57,499 bases of DNA from Burkholderiales bacterium. GTDB lineage: Bacteria; Pseudomonadota; Gammaproteobacteria; Burkholderiales; Usitatibacteraceae. The stretch is taken from contig JANMXS010000336.1 in assembly GCA_031394335.1 (NCBI GenBank), forward strand, positions 1-57,499, read 5' to 3'. The position numbers and the translations under genes were made by a program. A model generated the notes under the pieces. The model was not told where the DNA came from. It did no database searches and saw nothing but the letters and a program-made list of their open reading frames with translations. This document shows positions 38,178 through 50,016 of the stretch, one piece after another; position 1 is the stretch's first letter; every line of letters starts with the position of its first letter.

Positions 38178-38833
38178 TTCAATTCTTTCTTATCGCTGAC
38201 GTCGTTCGATTTTTCGTTTGCTTTGGGTTTGGCGGCAGTTTCTTTGGTGTGCAGTTTGAGCATGGCGGCTTCCATATCGCCTTTGGCAATCGCCGGCCAT
38301 ACCTCAATGGCACGTTTCATGGCGTCTTCGATGGCGCGTGCATCGGCCGCATCCGGTCGATGCAACACATAATCGACCACCTCGGGGCGATCCATGCTGC
38401 CGCCGAGCTTTCCTGCCAATTCCCGTGGGTGGCCGATGCCGAAACGCAAGCGCCAGAAATCCCGCGTGCCCAGATGGCTGACAATATCCTTGATGCCATT
38501 GCTGCCGGCGGCACCGCCGATTTTCATTTTGATGCCACCGGGCGGCAAATCCATTTCATCATGTGCCACCAGAATTTCCGCGGGCGTGATCTGGTAAAAC
38601 TTGGCGAGCGCACCGACCGACTGACCGGAGCGATTCATGAAGGTGCCGGGCTTGACCAGCCAAACACCCCCCGCTTTGGCAACTTCGCCATGGAACTTTG
38701 ATTCCTTGTTGAACGCGGCGCCCAGTTCGCGCGCAAGTGCGTCGAGCCACCAGAAACCGGCATTGTGGCGGGTCTGTTCATATTCGCGGCCGGGATTGCC
38801 AAGGCCGACCACAAGTTTGATGGGAGCGCTCAT
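38174..38833 (-). CDS. pth: Peptidyl-tRNA hydrolase (with a Lys-rich C-terminal tail)
   Basis: [21 protein letters not shown]. 219 aa. The stop overlaps the ychF ATG. Confidence 0.92.
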   Translation of the reverse strand: MSAPIKLVVGLGNPGREYEQTRHNAGFWWLDALARELGAAFNKESKFHGEVAKAGGVWLVKPGTFMNRSGQSVGALAKFYQITPAEILVAHDEMDLPPGGIKMKIGGAAGSNGIKDIVSHLGTRDFWRLRFGIGHPRELAGKLGGSMDRPEVVDYVLHRPDAADARAIEDAMKRAIEVWPAIAKGDMEAAMLKLHTKETAAKPKANEKSNDVSDKKELK

Positions 38834-38933
38834 CGTGTTTTGTAATACAAAATGTCGATTGGCTTCAGTGAAAAGTGCGTACCGATTTTGGAAAAATCAA
38901 CCCTGGTAAAAAGTAGCGTGGCGCCTGCTGCAA

Positions 38934-38966
38934 ATAAAAATGCCCGCCGCACCGCGACGGGCATTT
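38934..38966 (-). terminator. Intrinsic terminator after rplY
   Basis: Minus strand AAATGCCCGTCGCGGTGCGGCGGGCATTTTTATTT is a GC stem followed by a U-run. Confidence 0.8.
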
Positions 38967-38994
38967 CGAATATGCAACGCGACAGCAAAGCAGG

Positions 38995-39681
38995 TTACTT
39001 TTTGTCTTTTCCGCCCTTGTCGTCTTTTTTCTCCTCTTCCTTCACCTTCTGGTTCGCGGCCGGCACATCAGCAGCAGAAACTGCCGGTGCGGCTACCACT
39101 TCTTCAGCGGCAACCGCGCGCGGAATAATGATCGTTGCCACGGCAGGGTCATCACCACGTTTGGTAATGGCTTCAACACCGGCAGGCATTTTCAGATTCG
39201 AAATATGAATCGAGTGCCCGGCGGCGAGGTCTTTCAGGTCGACTTCGATGAACTCCGGCAGGTCTTTCGGCAGGCAGGCGATATCGAGTTCGTTGACGAT
39301 ATGCGAAACCATGCCGCTGGAAACCTTCACGCCAGGCGCGATGTCGGCGTTGATGAAGTGCAAAGGCACTTTCATATGGATCTTCTTGTCCGCGGCAACG
39401 CGTTGGAAGTCGACGTGCATGACGATCTGCCGGAACGCGTGCATTTGCACATCGCGCAACAGAACCGGCTGCTTTTTGCCGTCGAGTTCCATGTCCAGGA
39501 TGGAGGCATGAAACGCTTCCGAACGGAGCTTGTGATAAATATCGTTATGGTCGAGCTCGATGACGGTGGCGTCAGTGCCGCCGCCGTAAACGATGCCCGG
39601 CACCTTTTCCGCGCGACGCAGGCGGCGGCTCGCACCAGTGCCCTGTACTTTGCGCGTTTCAGCTTTGATGGTTATTTTCAT
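38995..39681 (-). CDS. rplY: 50S ribosomal protein L25 / general stress protein Ctc
   Basis: 228 aa. Ctc-type L25 with an acidic/lysine-rich C-terminal tail. Confidence 0.9.
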   Translation of the reverse strand: MKITIKAETRKVQGTGASRRLRRAEKVPGIVYGGGTDATVIELDHNDIYHKLRSEAFHASILDMELDGKKQPVLLRDVQMHAFRQIVMHVDFQRVAADKKIHMKVPLHFINADIAPGVKVSSGMVSHIVNELDIACLPKDLPEFIEVDLKDLAAGHSIHISNLKMPAGVEAITKRGDDPAVATIIIPRAVAAEEVVAAPAVSAADVPAANQKVKEEEKKDDKGGKDKK

Positions 39682-39799
39682 GATGACTCCAATTACATGC
39701 CGCAGAATGCGCGGCGGTTAAGAGCAATTCGCGACCAAATTGCTCGGGATGCCTGCTATTTCCATACTGCGCAGGCAGATTTGCAACAACTTCAAATCA

Positions 39800-40750
39800 T
39801 TAATCTGTAAACAGCGAGCTGACCGAACCGCCCTCGGCAATGCGGCGAATCGTTTCCGCCAGCAACTCGGCGGTGCCAATCTGGCGAATCTTTTTGCAGG
39901 CGATCGCTTCCGGGTTGAGCGGAATCGTATCGGTTACCACCAACTCATCGATCACCGAGGCCTCAAGCCGCTCGATCGCCGGACCCGACAGCACCGGATG
40001 CGTACAGTAAGCCAGTACCTTCGAGGCGCCGCGCTCCTTGAGCGCCCGTGCTGCCTCGGACAGGGTTCCAGCCGTATCCACAATGTCATCCATGATGAGG
40101 CAGGTACGGCCCTCCACATCACCGATGATGTTCATCACCATCGACACATTCGCTCGCGGACGGCGCTTGTCGATAATTGCCAAATCTGCATCCAGCTGCT
40201 TCGCAATCGCCCGGGCCCGCACTACGCCGCCCACATCAGGCGAGACCACTATCAAATTCGGGTAATCGTGTTTCCACACATCACCCAGCAAAATCGGCGT
40301 GGCGTAGATGTTGTCCACCGGGATGTCGAAGAACCCCTGAATCTGGTCCGCATGCAGATCCATTGTCAGCACGCGATCGACACCCACGCCGGTCAACATG
40401 TTTGCGACCACCTTGGCCGAGATCGCCACACGCGCCGAACGAGGACGACGATCTTGCCGGGCATAACCAAAGTACGGGATGATCGCGGTGATGCGCGCCG
40501 CACTGGAGCGCTTCAAGGCATCGGCCATCACCATGATTTCCATCAAATTGTCATTGGTCGGCGCACAGGTCGATTGCAATATGTAGGCGTCCTTGCCGCG
40601 GACGTTTTCCATGATTTCGACCATCACCTCGCCGTCACTGAACTTTGAAACCTTGGCGCGACCCAATTGCGTACCCAGCAGCTTGGCCACTTCCTTGGCA
40701 AGCTTGGGGTTGGCGCTACCTGCAAACACGCTTAAGTTATCAAAGGACAC
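39800..40750 (-). CDS. prs: Ribose-phosphate pyrophosphokinase
   Basis: 316 aa with a GTG start. [37 protein letters not shown]. Confidence 0.95.
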   Translation of the reverse strand: MSFDNLSVFAGSANPKLAKEVAKLLGTQLGRAKVSKFSDGEVMVEIMENVRGKDAYILQSTCAPTNDNLMEIMVMADALKRSSAARITAIIPYFGYARQDRRPRSARVAISAKVVANMLTGVGVDRVLTMDLHADQIQGFFDIPVDNIYATPILLGDVWKHDYPNLIVVSPDVGGVVRARAIAKQLDADLAIIDKRRPRANVSMVMNIIGDVEGRTCLIMDDIVDTAGTLSEAARALKERGASKVLAYCTHPVLSGPAIERLEASVIDELVVTDTIPLNPEAIACKKIRQIGTAELLAETIRRIAEGGSVSSLFTD

Positions 40751-40844
40751 GCCGAATCCTGCTGAATCAATCGATTTAAGATCTGACGCAAATTCGCCAC
40801 TTGCGTCGCCTGCAAAGCCAAACCCGAAATCTGCCTTCGCTAAC

Positions 40845-40919
40845 TGGCTGGGGAGGTAGGGATCGAACCTACGAATGCCGGAATCAAAATCCGGTGCCTT
40901 ACCACTTGGCGACTCCCCA
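40845..40919 (-). tRNA. tRNA-Gln (UUG)
   Basis: TGGGGAGTCGCCAAGTGGTAAGGCACCGGATTTTGATTCCGGCATTCGTAGGTTCGATCCCTACCTCCCCAGCCA, closely resembling E. coli tRNA-Gln. Confidence 0.93.
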
Positions 40920-40974
40920 AACTCTTTCGCTGCCCCAAGGGTGCGTCAATCTGAGCACTCGCTGGGCGGCAACG

Positions 40975-41850
40975 CTATTGCCACGGATGTCGATCCAATC
41001 CGCGCGCAATGAATCCCTGGTATTCCGGCGAAAGTTCGGCAAAAGCGTCACGGGCATTGGTCTCGGATTCGAACGCCGCAAAAACGCCAGCCCCCGAACC
41101 GGTCATGCGTGCCCCAAATACCGATTTGAGGCTCGCGGATTGCAGCGCGTCAAAGTATCGCGCTACTGCCGGAAACGCCTTCAGAACAACGGGTTGCAGA
41201 TCGTTACAGTAATCCGCCAGCCGCATCGCTGAAAAGTCCGCTATTTTGAGGGGGATCGTGTCTCTTGTCAATTCTGGCGCGGCAAATATGCCGGGGGTAG
41301 GCACCCCGACGGGCGGGGTCAGCACCAGATACCACCATGCCGGCAGCGGGATCGCGCTGAGCCTCTCTCCCACGCCCTCGGCAAAGGCGTTCCTGCCAAA
41401 CACGAAAAAGGGCACGTCAGCGCCCAGCGACAACCCCAGCTCGCCCAGCCGTTCGCGCGACATCCCGAGCTCCCAGAGATGGTTCAACGCGAGCAACGTG
41501 GTGGCGGCATCCGAGCTGCCACCACCGAGCCCGCCACCCATCGGGATCAGCTTCGTAACCGAGATTTCACAGCCGCGACGGGAACCGGATTCACGCTGTA
41601 ACAATCTGGCAGCGCGGATGACCAGATCGTCCCCCTCGGCGACGCCGGCAAGTTCGGAGACGCGCCGAATTTGTCCGTCGGCGCGAAGCGAAAGCTGCAG
41701 TGTGTCCACATAATCAATCAAGGTGAACGCGGATTGCAACAAATGATAGCCATCCGCCCGGCGACCGATGACATGCAGGAACAGGTTGAGCTTGGCGGGC
41801 GCCCTGACCGACAGCGTCGTGTTTGTGCTTGTGTTCACAAGGCCTGCCAT
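40975..41850 (-). CDS. ispE: 4-(cytidine 5'-diphospho)-2-C-methyl-D-erythritol kinase
   Basis: 291 aa. APAKLNLFLHV and the GHMP motif PMGGGLGGGSSDAA. Confidence 0.93.
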   Translation of the reverse strand: MAGLVNTSTNTTLSVRAPAKLNLFLHVIGRRADGYHLLQSAFTLIDYVDTLQLSLRADGQIRRVSELAGVAEGDDLVIRAARLLQRESGSRRGCEISVTKLIPMGGGLGGGSSDAATTLLALNHLWELGMSRERLGELGLSLGADVPFFVFGRNAFAEGVGERLSAIPLPAWWYLVLTPPVGVPTPGIFAAPELTRDTIPLKIADFSAMRLADYCNDLQPVVLKAFPAVARYFDALQSASLKSVFGARMTGSGAGVFAAFESETNARDAFAELSPEYQGFIARGLDRHPWQ

Positions 41851-42437
41851 TCATCGACAACGAGACGGATGGTGATATCGCCTTTCACCGCCGTGAGCCG
41901 TGCCGCATAGCGAAAAATACCGCCCGGTCGATTGAGCGTAGTGGCGGTCTGCATGCGCTCTGCGGTCACCCGCCAGGTGCTCCCGTCACGCAGCCGCAGA
42001 TCGCGCGACTCGCCATCGTCAAGACCCACGCCCTGAATCCATTTTCCTATTTCACCGGTATCCAGCGCGACGCCCAAAAATGATTCGGTAAGTGTACCCA
42101 GCGATTCGGCAGTAATGACCTCCCTGCCCTGGCGCAAAATCGCAATGCCGCCGTCAACTTGCGATACCTCCGCAACTTGCGAACCAAACGGAGTGAAAAA
42201 TTGCAGCCGTTCCTCGTGCTGATCTTTCAGCCAAACCAATTTAACCGAATCGAGGCGCTCTCCCGAACGAATACTTAGCCTTCCGGTAAGCGAAAAGCGG
42301 GTTGCAATGGAAGTATTTGCGACCGGGGCAATACTTGCAAGCGGCAGCGTCTCGCAGGCGTTCAGCAGCCATGCCATCAGCACGTATGACGCCGCAACGA
42401 GCGAGCGCGTCTCGCGCATATTCACTCGCAATCGCAT
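41835..42437 (-). CDS. lolB: Outer-membrane lipoprotein LolB
   Basis: ORF trimmed to ATG 42437 (TAATG overlap with the upstream TPR gene; alternative ATG at 42419). Lipobox LLNAC. Canonical position upstream of ispE. Confidence 0.8.
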   Translation of the reverse strand: MRLRVNMRETRSLVAASYVLMAWLLNACETLPLASIAPVANTSIATRFSLTGRLSIRSGERLDSVKLVWLKDQHEERLQFFTPFGSQVAEVSQVDGGIAILRQGREVITAESLGTLTESFLGVALDTGEIGKWIQGVGLDDGESRDLRLRDGSTWRVTAERMQTATTLNRPGGIFRYAARLTAVKGDITIRLVVDEWQAL

Positions 42438-44209
42438 TACGGCCGGTATTTCTCGAGCAGCACGGTCAGGGAATCGTTGCCTGGGCTTTCCAGCAATGCG
42501 GCTCGCCACAGTTTCTGCGCCTCCTCACGCTGGCCGGCCGCCCACAGGACTTCGCCGAGATGCGCTGCAATTTCCGGGTCGCGGCGAACTTGATAAGCTT
42601 TCCTGAGTGTGGCAAGTGCCGCATCGGTGTTGCCCATGCGAAATTGCACCCAGCCCATGCTGTCCTGAATGAAGGGGTCCTCGGGCGCAAGTGACAACGC
42701 CTTCTGGATCAGTGCCTGCGCCTCGCCCAGCCTCTTGTTGCGTTCGGCGAAGGTATAGCCCAGGGCGTTATAAGCGTGTGCATAGTCAGGCTTGAGTTCA
42801 ATCACACGTTGCAGGTCCGACTCAAGCACGTCCAGTTTGTCGAGCTTATCGGCAACCATGGCGCGGTCGTACAGCAACTCCACAGAATTGGGCGCCTTGA
42901 CAAGCGCCGTGCTGAGCACAGCATAGGCCTCACCGAATGCCTTGGCATCACGCAGCAATTGCGCTTCCGCCAGAATCAGTTGCGTACGCACTTCGGGCGA
43001 ATCGTCTTCTGATTCCTGCGCATCACGCAGAAATTTTCGCCCTGTCGCCATGCCATCCCGTTTAGCCAGTAAGGCGGCTGCCTTCAGCTTGGCACTGACA
43101 AAATATTCGCCCTCACCCACACGCCGGTACCAGCCGAGGGCAGCGTCGCTATCCTTGCGCGCTTCGGCTACTACACCAAGATTGAACAGTACCGGATTGG
43201 GGTCCCGTGGCGTCAACTCCAGGGTGCGCTGGAGTTGTTTTTCCGCCTCCGTGTAGTCTTCGAGCTGCTGCGAAATCAATGCAATTGCATAAGGTATTTC
43301 CGCATTGGCCACGTTATCACGCAGATTGTCGCGATCAATGCGCAGAAATTCTTCTCGCGCCGGCACATAGGCCTTCCTTGCGACCAACAGACGCGCATAA
43401 ACGAGCCGCACATCGTTGGCATCGCCATGCACTTTCAGGAAATCGCTCAGCACTAGCGCTGCGGATTCCTCTGAAGTATCGCGCAAGATCTGCGCTTTCA
43501 AAATTGCGGCTTTGGACCATCCCGTCTTGAGCCGGCTCGCTTCGTCGATTTCTGTCAATGCGCGCTTTGCGTCCCCCACAAACAAGGCAATTTGCGCAAG
43601 TGCAAAGTGCGATTCTGGCAGCTGCGGATACGGCTTCGCCAGTTCGCGCATGGTGGCATCGACCTTGGGCTTGTCAGGGAAACGCGCCAGCACGGAAGGA
43701 ATTTGCATAAATAGCGCTGCAACCTTGCCCGGCTCAGCGAGCCAGCGCACGAACGCCCCTTTGCTGCTTTCCAGGTCCGTGCCCGCAAGCCGGCTCAGCA
43801 CCTGTTTCGCTACCTGCGAATCGGGCTCAAGCTGCAGCCACAGTCCGGTCGCCTCTCTGGCCAGTTCCATATTCCCGGACTGGAACGCCAGTTCGGTCGC
43901 TCGCCTGGCGAGCCGCGGGTCGCGGGTCTTCCCGGCCAAATCAAGCATGCCGCCAAACGCTAGTGCAGAATCGCCCCGCTGGCCGGCGATTTCCGACAGA
44001 AAATACTCGTACAAAAATTGCTCGCCGTTATCCTGACTGGCACGCGGCACGCGGCGGATTGTGGATTGTGCCTGACTACTTTTTGCCGCGCGCACCGGCA
44101 GCGGCGTCTTCACCGCCTCGGACAACGGGGACTGCGCTGTCGCCGGCTGAAGCACCGACGAGAAAACAAGCGCCGCAATAAAGCCGATCGGGATCAAACG
44201 TTTCATCAA
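42437..44209 (-). CDS. Secreted tetratricopeptide-repeat protein
   Basis: 590 aa. Signal peptide MMKRLIPIGFIAALVFSSVLQPATA and many TPR-like helical repeats. Function unknown. Confidence 0.8.
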   Translation of the reverse strand: MMKRLIPIGFIAALVFSSVLQPATAQSPLSEAVKTPLPVRAAKSSQAQSTIRRVPRASQDNGEQFLYEYFLSEIAGQRGDSALAFGGMLDLAGKTRDPRLARRATELAFQSGNMELAREATGLWLQLEPDSQVAKQVLSRLAGTDLESSKGAFVRWLAEPGKVAALFMQIPSVLARFPDKPKVDATMRELAKPYPQLPESHFALAQIALFVGDAKRALTEIDEASRLKTGWSKAAILKAQILRDTSEESAALVLSDFLKVHGDANDVRLVYARLLVARKAYVPAREEFLRIDRDNLRDNVANAEIPYAIALISQQLEDYTEAEKQLQRTLELTPRDPNPVLFNLGVVAEARKDSDAALGWYRRVGEGEYFVSAKLKAAALLAKRDGMATGRKFLRDAQESEDDSPEVRTQLILAEAQLLRDAKAFGEAYAVLSTALVKAPNSVELLYDRAMVADKLDKLDVLESDLQRVIELKPDYAHAYNALGYTFAERNKRLGEAQALIQKALSLAPEDPFIQDSMGWVQFRMGNTDAALATLRKAYQVRRDPEIAAHLGEVLWAAGQREEAQKLWRAALLESPGNDSLTVLLEKYRP

Positions 44210-44341
44210 TTGTGACCATCAGGTAGGAGGAATTGGTTGGTTATGATAGCCCGCGATTCTCACTTCGTCACGTTAGTAGCGTGCGGCCTCCGGCACATCG
44301 TGTCACAATTTACGCTTGCTCCAGACCGGTTACCCCTATCC

Positions 44342-45169
44342 ATGCCTGAACTTCCCGAAGTTGAAACGACACGCTTGGGTTTGCTGCCGCATATTCAGGG
44401 TAAACGCGTGACCGATGTCACCGTGCGCGAACACCGCCTGCGCTGGCCGGTGCCACCTGATTTCGCACAAAACCTGCGTGGCTCGATGATTGAAAACATT
44501 TCGCGCCGCGGCAAATACCTGCTGTGGACCTGCGAAAAAGGCCCGGGAAGCGGATTTTTGCTGAGTCACCTCGGCATGTCCGGCCGCCTGCGCGCATTGA
44601 CCAGCAGTGAGCCTGCTGCACGGCATGATCATATCGACATCCACCTCGACAGTGGGGCAGTCATCCGCTATACGGACCCTCGTCGCTTCGGCGCAATGCT
44701 GTGGATTGCAGGTCGTCAACAACGCCACCCACTGCTGGATATTCTGGGGCCCGAACCACTCTCCGAGCAATTCACCGGAGCGCATCTATACGCTTCGTCG
44801 CGGGGACGAACGGTCAGCATCAAGGAATTCGTGATGAACGGCCATATCGTGGTTGGCGTCGGCAATATTTACGCATCCGAGTCACTCTATCGCGCCGGGA
44901 TTGACCCGCGACGGGCAGCCGGCAAGATTTCGCTTACCCGCTATAACCACCTGGTTGATGCCATCCGGAAGACATTGGGTGCCGCGCTCAGCGCCGGCGG
45001 CTCATCCCTGCGGAACTACGTGAAGACCGATGGCGAACCGGGTTATTTCCAGATTGACGCTTTTGTTTATGGCCGCGCAGGCCAGCCATGCCGTGTATGC
45101 GAAACGCCAATTCAGTTGATCGTACAAGGGCAGCGAAGTACATTTTTCTGTCCCGCCTGTCAGCATTGA
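44342..45169 (+). CDS. mutM: Formamidopyrimidine-DNA glycosylase
   Basis: ORF trimmed to ATG 44342 (MPELPEVETTR). C-terminal zinc finger CRVC...FFCPACQ. Confidence 0.93.
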   Translation: MPELPEVETTRLGLLPHIQGKRVTDVTVREHRLRWPVPPDFAQNLRGSMIENISRRGKYLLWTCEKGPGSGFLLSHLGMSGRLRALTSSEPAARHDHIDIHLDSGAVIRYTDPRRFGAMLWIAGRQQRHPLLDILGPEPLSEQFTGAHLYASSRGRTVSIKEFVMNGHIVVGVGNIYASESLYRAGIDPRRAAGKISLTRYNHLVDAIRKTLGAALSAGGSSLRNYVKTDGEPGYFQIDAFVYGRAGQPCRVCETPIQLIVQGQRSTFFCPACQH

Positions 45170-45185
45170 TTGCGATAATAGCCGG

Positions 45186-47198
45186 ATGAATCAAAAGCAC
45201 CCCATCACCGAGCGCCTCGCCAATCTGCAATCGTGGCGCTATGGACTGGAAACTCAGCTGGCACGCGTTGCCGACTCCCTGCGCGAAGCGGGCTTCATGA
45301 CGCGCGATGCACAGTTGCGGCTCGACGAGTTGCAGATTCGCGTCACGCAGGAGCGCGTGACGATAGCGTTCGTGGCTGAAATTGCACGCGGCAAATCGGA
45401 GCTGATCAACGGGCTGTTCTTCTCGGATCTGGGCCACCGACTGCTGCCCGCTGGGCTGGGACGTACCACCTGTTGCGTGACCGAGTTGCGCTTTGACCGC
45501 GACATGGCGACCGGTATCCGGCTGCTACCGATTGAAACGCGCGAAAGCCCGCGTCGATTTTCGGAGTTGTATGCTGATGCGAGCCAATGGCGCTCGGTAG
45601 GCTTTGAAGCCGACGATGCCACCTCTGTGGCACGAGCGCTTGCCGCCTTATCCGAAACCAAGCGCATTTCGCTGTCAGAGGCGGTTGCCTGGGGGCTGCA
45701 TGGTCAGGGCGTGGGCATGTCGGCGGGGCCCAGTGGAGCGACCTTTGTAGAGGTTCCGCGCTGGCGGCACGCTATCATCAACTTTCCTCATCCGCTGCTT
45801 GACGCAGGGCTGGTCATCATCGATACGCCCGGGCTAGCGGCACTTTCTGCTGAGCCGGAGCTGGCGCGTGAGCGGATGCCACGCGCAGACGCATTGCTGC
45901 TGGTGCTCGACGCCAACGAAGGCGTGACCAAGTCGGATCTCGCGATCTGGAAGGAGCATCTCGGCGGTGGGCGCAATATTCGTGAGCGTGAAGAGGATGA
46001 AAGTACGCAAGCCCGCATGGTCGTGCTCAACAAGATTGATGAGCTACAGCTTGAGGCTCAGCACAATTCAGCCGACGTGAATCGCGAATGGCTGCGTGAA
46101 CTGGACAGACGTGTCAAGGATGCCGCTGACCTGTTGCGCGTGGACCCCATCCGCGTGGTCCCGGTTTCCGCCAAGCTAGGCCTGCTGGGCAAGTTGGCCA
46201 ATGACGCCGACAAGATCCTGAAGAGCCGCCTCTATCAGCTGGAGCGCAGCCTCGTCGGTAATTTGCCGGGAGGGCGGCAGGACGCGCTCACGCTGGAGAC
46301 AACGTCGCTGTTATCCGCCTTGATCGAGTCTGCTCAAGCCCAGCTCGACCAGCAACGGTTCCAGGCTGTGAAAGGTTTGAGCGAGCTGGGTGCGGTGCGA
46401 GCAAAAAATGAAAAGTTGATGGCTGCACTCGCCACCCAAACCAGTTCGACGCAGGACCGTCTGGACACAACTTTTCGTGATTTGCGTGGTGTCAAATCGA
46501 TTCACACGCGGCTCGCTGAAGAACTTGCCGACATTGTTGATATTGCATCGGCCAAAAAGGATACTGAACGCACCAGGCTTGCGATCGCCGGCAGCGTACT
46601 GCCTAGCAGCGCGCTTGACAGCTGCAACAAGTATTTTGCCCTGACGGAGGAAAAACTCGATGCGATCGAGCAAAAGGTCGACGAGATTCGCACCCTATTC
46701 AGCAGCATAGGCAGCAAAATCAGACGGGATTTTGATCTGGGTGGTGTTTATCAGCACGATGCGCATCCGTTTGCGACGCAGCGTTTTCAGACTGAGCTGA
46801 CAAAAGCTCGCGAAAAGGCTGAAACCGAGTTTGGCAAAACAAGCAATTTGTTTATTCGTCGCGGCAGCGCACTTGCCGACCAGTTCGAGGAAGTGATTGC
46901 CAGCCGCGTGCTGCGTATTTTTGAAATTGCCAGTCGCGAGACTGCCACCTGGATGCGCGGCCTGTATGCAACCCTGGAACAACCGCTCGAGGCATTACGC
47001 GTGCGCGAGGAGCAGCGCGCAACAAGCAGCGAAAAAATAAAGGCCGCTGAACTTGATCTTGCGGAACGCATATCCGAACTGCAGGCGTGCATCGATGTGA
47101 TCAAACAAAAACATGCGATGCTGGCCGACACCAGGCAGGGCCTCGAACGTTATATCGGCTCGGACCGGCAAACCAGTGTGCCCGCCAACGTGGATTAG
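45186..47198 (+). CDS. Dynamin-family (bacterial dynamin-like) GTPase, predicted soluble
   Basis: 670 aa. G1 AEIARGKSELIN, G3 IIDTPGL, G4 LNKID, G5-like VSAK. The remainder is a long helical or coiled-coil stalk and I see no hydrophobic paddle or TM segment. Starts 16 nt after the mutM stop. Confidence 0.8.
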   Translation: MNQKHPITERLANLQSWRYGLETQLARVADSLREAGFMTRDAQLRLDELQIRVTQERVTIAFVAEIARGKSELINGLFFSDLGHRLLPAGLGRTTCCVTELRFDRDMATGIRLLPIETRESPRRFSELYADASQWRSVGFEADDATSVARALAALSETKRISLSEAVAWGLHGQGVGMSAGPSGATFVEVPRWRHAIINFPHPLLDAGLVIIDTPGLAALSAEPELARERMPRADALLLVLDANEGVTKSDLAIWKEHLGGGRNIREREEDESTQARMVVLNKIDELQLEAQHNSADVNREWLRELDRRVKDAADLLRVDPIRVVPVSAKLGLLGKLANDADKILKSRLYQLERSLVGNLPGGRQDALTLETTSLLSALIESAQAQLDQQRFQAVKGLSELGAVRAKNEKLMAALATQTSSTQDRLDTTFRDLRGVKSIHTRLAEELADIVDIASAKKDTERTRLAIAGSVLPSSALDSCNKYFALTEEKLDAIEQKVDEIRTLFSSIGSKIRRDFDLGGVYQHDAHPFATQRFQTELTKAREKAETEFGKTSNLFIRRGSALADQFEEVIASRVLRIFEIASRETATWMRGLYATLEQPLEALRVREEQRATSSEKIKAAELDLAERISELQACIDVIKQKHAMLADTRQGLERYIGSDRQTSVPANVD

Positions 47199-47228
47199 CT
47201 TCTTGTTTATACATCACGAAGCGATGAC

Positions 47229-47711
<483 letters not shown>

Positions 47712-47731
47712 GTCAGTAGTTTTCAACGATG

Positions 47732-48837
<1,106 letters not shown>

Positions 48838-48994
48838 TTGTGGCGACTGTCAATTGTTGCATCAGAGGATATTAATCATACCGCGCCCTTAACGTTACCA
48901 ACCTGTTCTGCATTAGGCGGGATTTTCAGCTCTCGCCGGGATTGGTGTGCCTATGCCTTAAAATATGTCATCTCTGTTTACCTGAAAGACTGGC

Positions 48995-50008
48995 GTGTTC
49001 TCGATATTCGGTTCCAAAAATCATCCCCCTCACAATCTGGCCGCGCCGGCCAAAGTGACCGGCATGAGCAAAATTGAGCAGCCGAAGGCTCTTGCGGACT
49101 GGATGTCCCGCCTCAAAGACGGACTTTCCAAAACGCGCGCTTTACTCAACAGCGATGTAACAAATCTGTTTGCGCGACACGCCAAAGTTGACGAATCGCT
49201 CTTTGAAGAACTGGAAACTGCATTGATTTCTGCGGATGTGGGAATCCGTGCGACAACACACCTGATTGATAAACTGCGACACGTGTCGAAGGAAAAGAGA
49301 ATTTCCGACGGAGCCGCGTTACAGGCGGAGTTCAAAGAATTGCTGGTTGATCTCGTCCTGCCACTCGAAAAACTATTGCACGCAGATACAGCAAAACCAT
49401 TCGTGATCATGGTCACGGGCGTAAATGGTGCCGGCAAAACCACGACCATTGGCAAACTGGCCAAATATTTTCAATCGCAGGGTTTAAGCGTGATGCTTGC
49501 CGCCGGCGACACCTTCCGGGCTGCAGCACGCGAGCAACTCATGACTTGGGGTGAGCGCAACCATGTTACGGTCGTCGCGCAAGAACAGGGCGATTCTGCA
49601 GCGGTAATTTTCGATGCCGTTCAATCCGCCCGGGCACGCAAGATCGATGTGGTTCTTGCCGATACGGCAGGTCGCTTGCCAACGCAATTGCACCTGATGG
49701 AGGAAATCAGGAAGGTAAAGCGGGTTATCGCCAAGGCAGACGCGGGGGCGCCACACGAAATCCTGCTGGTGCTTGACGCAAATACGGGGCAGAACGCCGT
49801 AGCACAGGTGAAGGCCTTCGATGAAGCCTTGCAGCTGTCAGGTCTGGTTGTCACCAAGCTCGACGGGACGGCTAAAGGGGGCATGATTGCGGCGCTGGCG
49901 GCCGAGCGGCCGGATCGCATCATCCCGGTACGATTTGTCGGCGTAGGGGAAGAAATCGACGATCTCAGACCCTTCAGCGCGAGCGAGTTTGTTGGCGCAC
50001 TTTTCTAG
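48995..50008 (+). CDS. ftsY: Signal recognition particle receptor FtsY (short A-domain form)
   Basis: GTG start (alternative ATG 49064). NG domain GVNGAGKTTTIGKLA, DTAGRL, TKLDGTAKGG. Confidence 0.92.
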   Translation: MFSIFGSKNHPPHNLAAPAKVTGMSKIEQPKALADWMSRLKDGLSKTRALLNSDVTNLFARHAKVDESLFEELETALISADVGIRATTHLIDKLRHVSKEKRISDGAALQAEFKELLVDLVLPLEKLLHADTAKPFVIMVTGVNGAGKTTTIGKLAKYFQSQGLSVMLAAGDTFRAAAREQLMTWGERNHVTVVAQEQGDSAAVIFDAVQSARARKIDVVLADTAGRLPTQLHLMEEIRKVKRVIAKADAGAPHEILLVLDANTGQNAVAQVKAFDEALQLSGLVVTKLDGTAKGGMIAALAAERPDRIIPVRFVGVGEEIDDLRPFSASEFVGALF

Positions 50009-50016
50009 CGGCAAAA

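Noticed and set aside
38174-39681. Lys/Glu-rich C-terminal tails on Pth (about 25 extra residues) and on L25/Ctc.
   Set aside because: Ctc-type L25 proteins commonly carry such tails. The Pth tail is short, low-complexity and overlaps the ychF start region. Neither is distinctive enough to call a feature.
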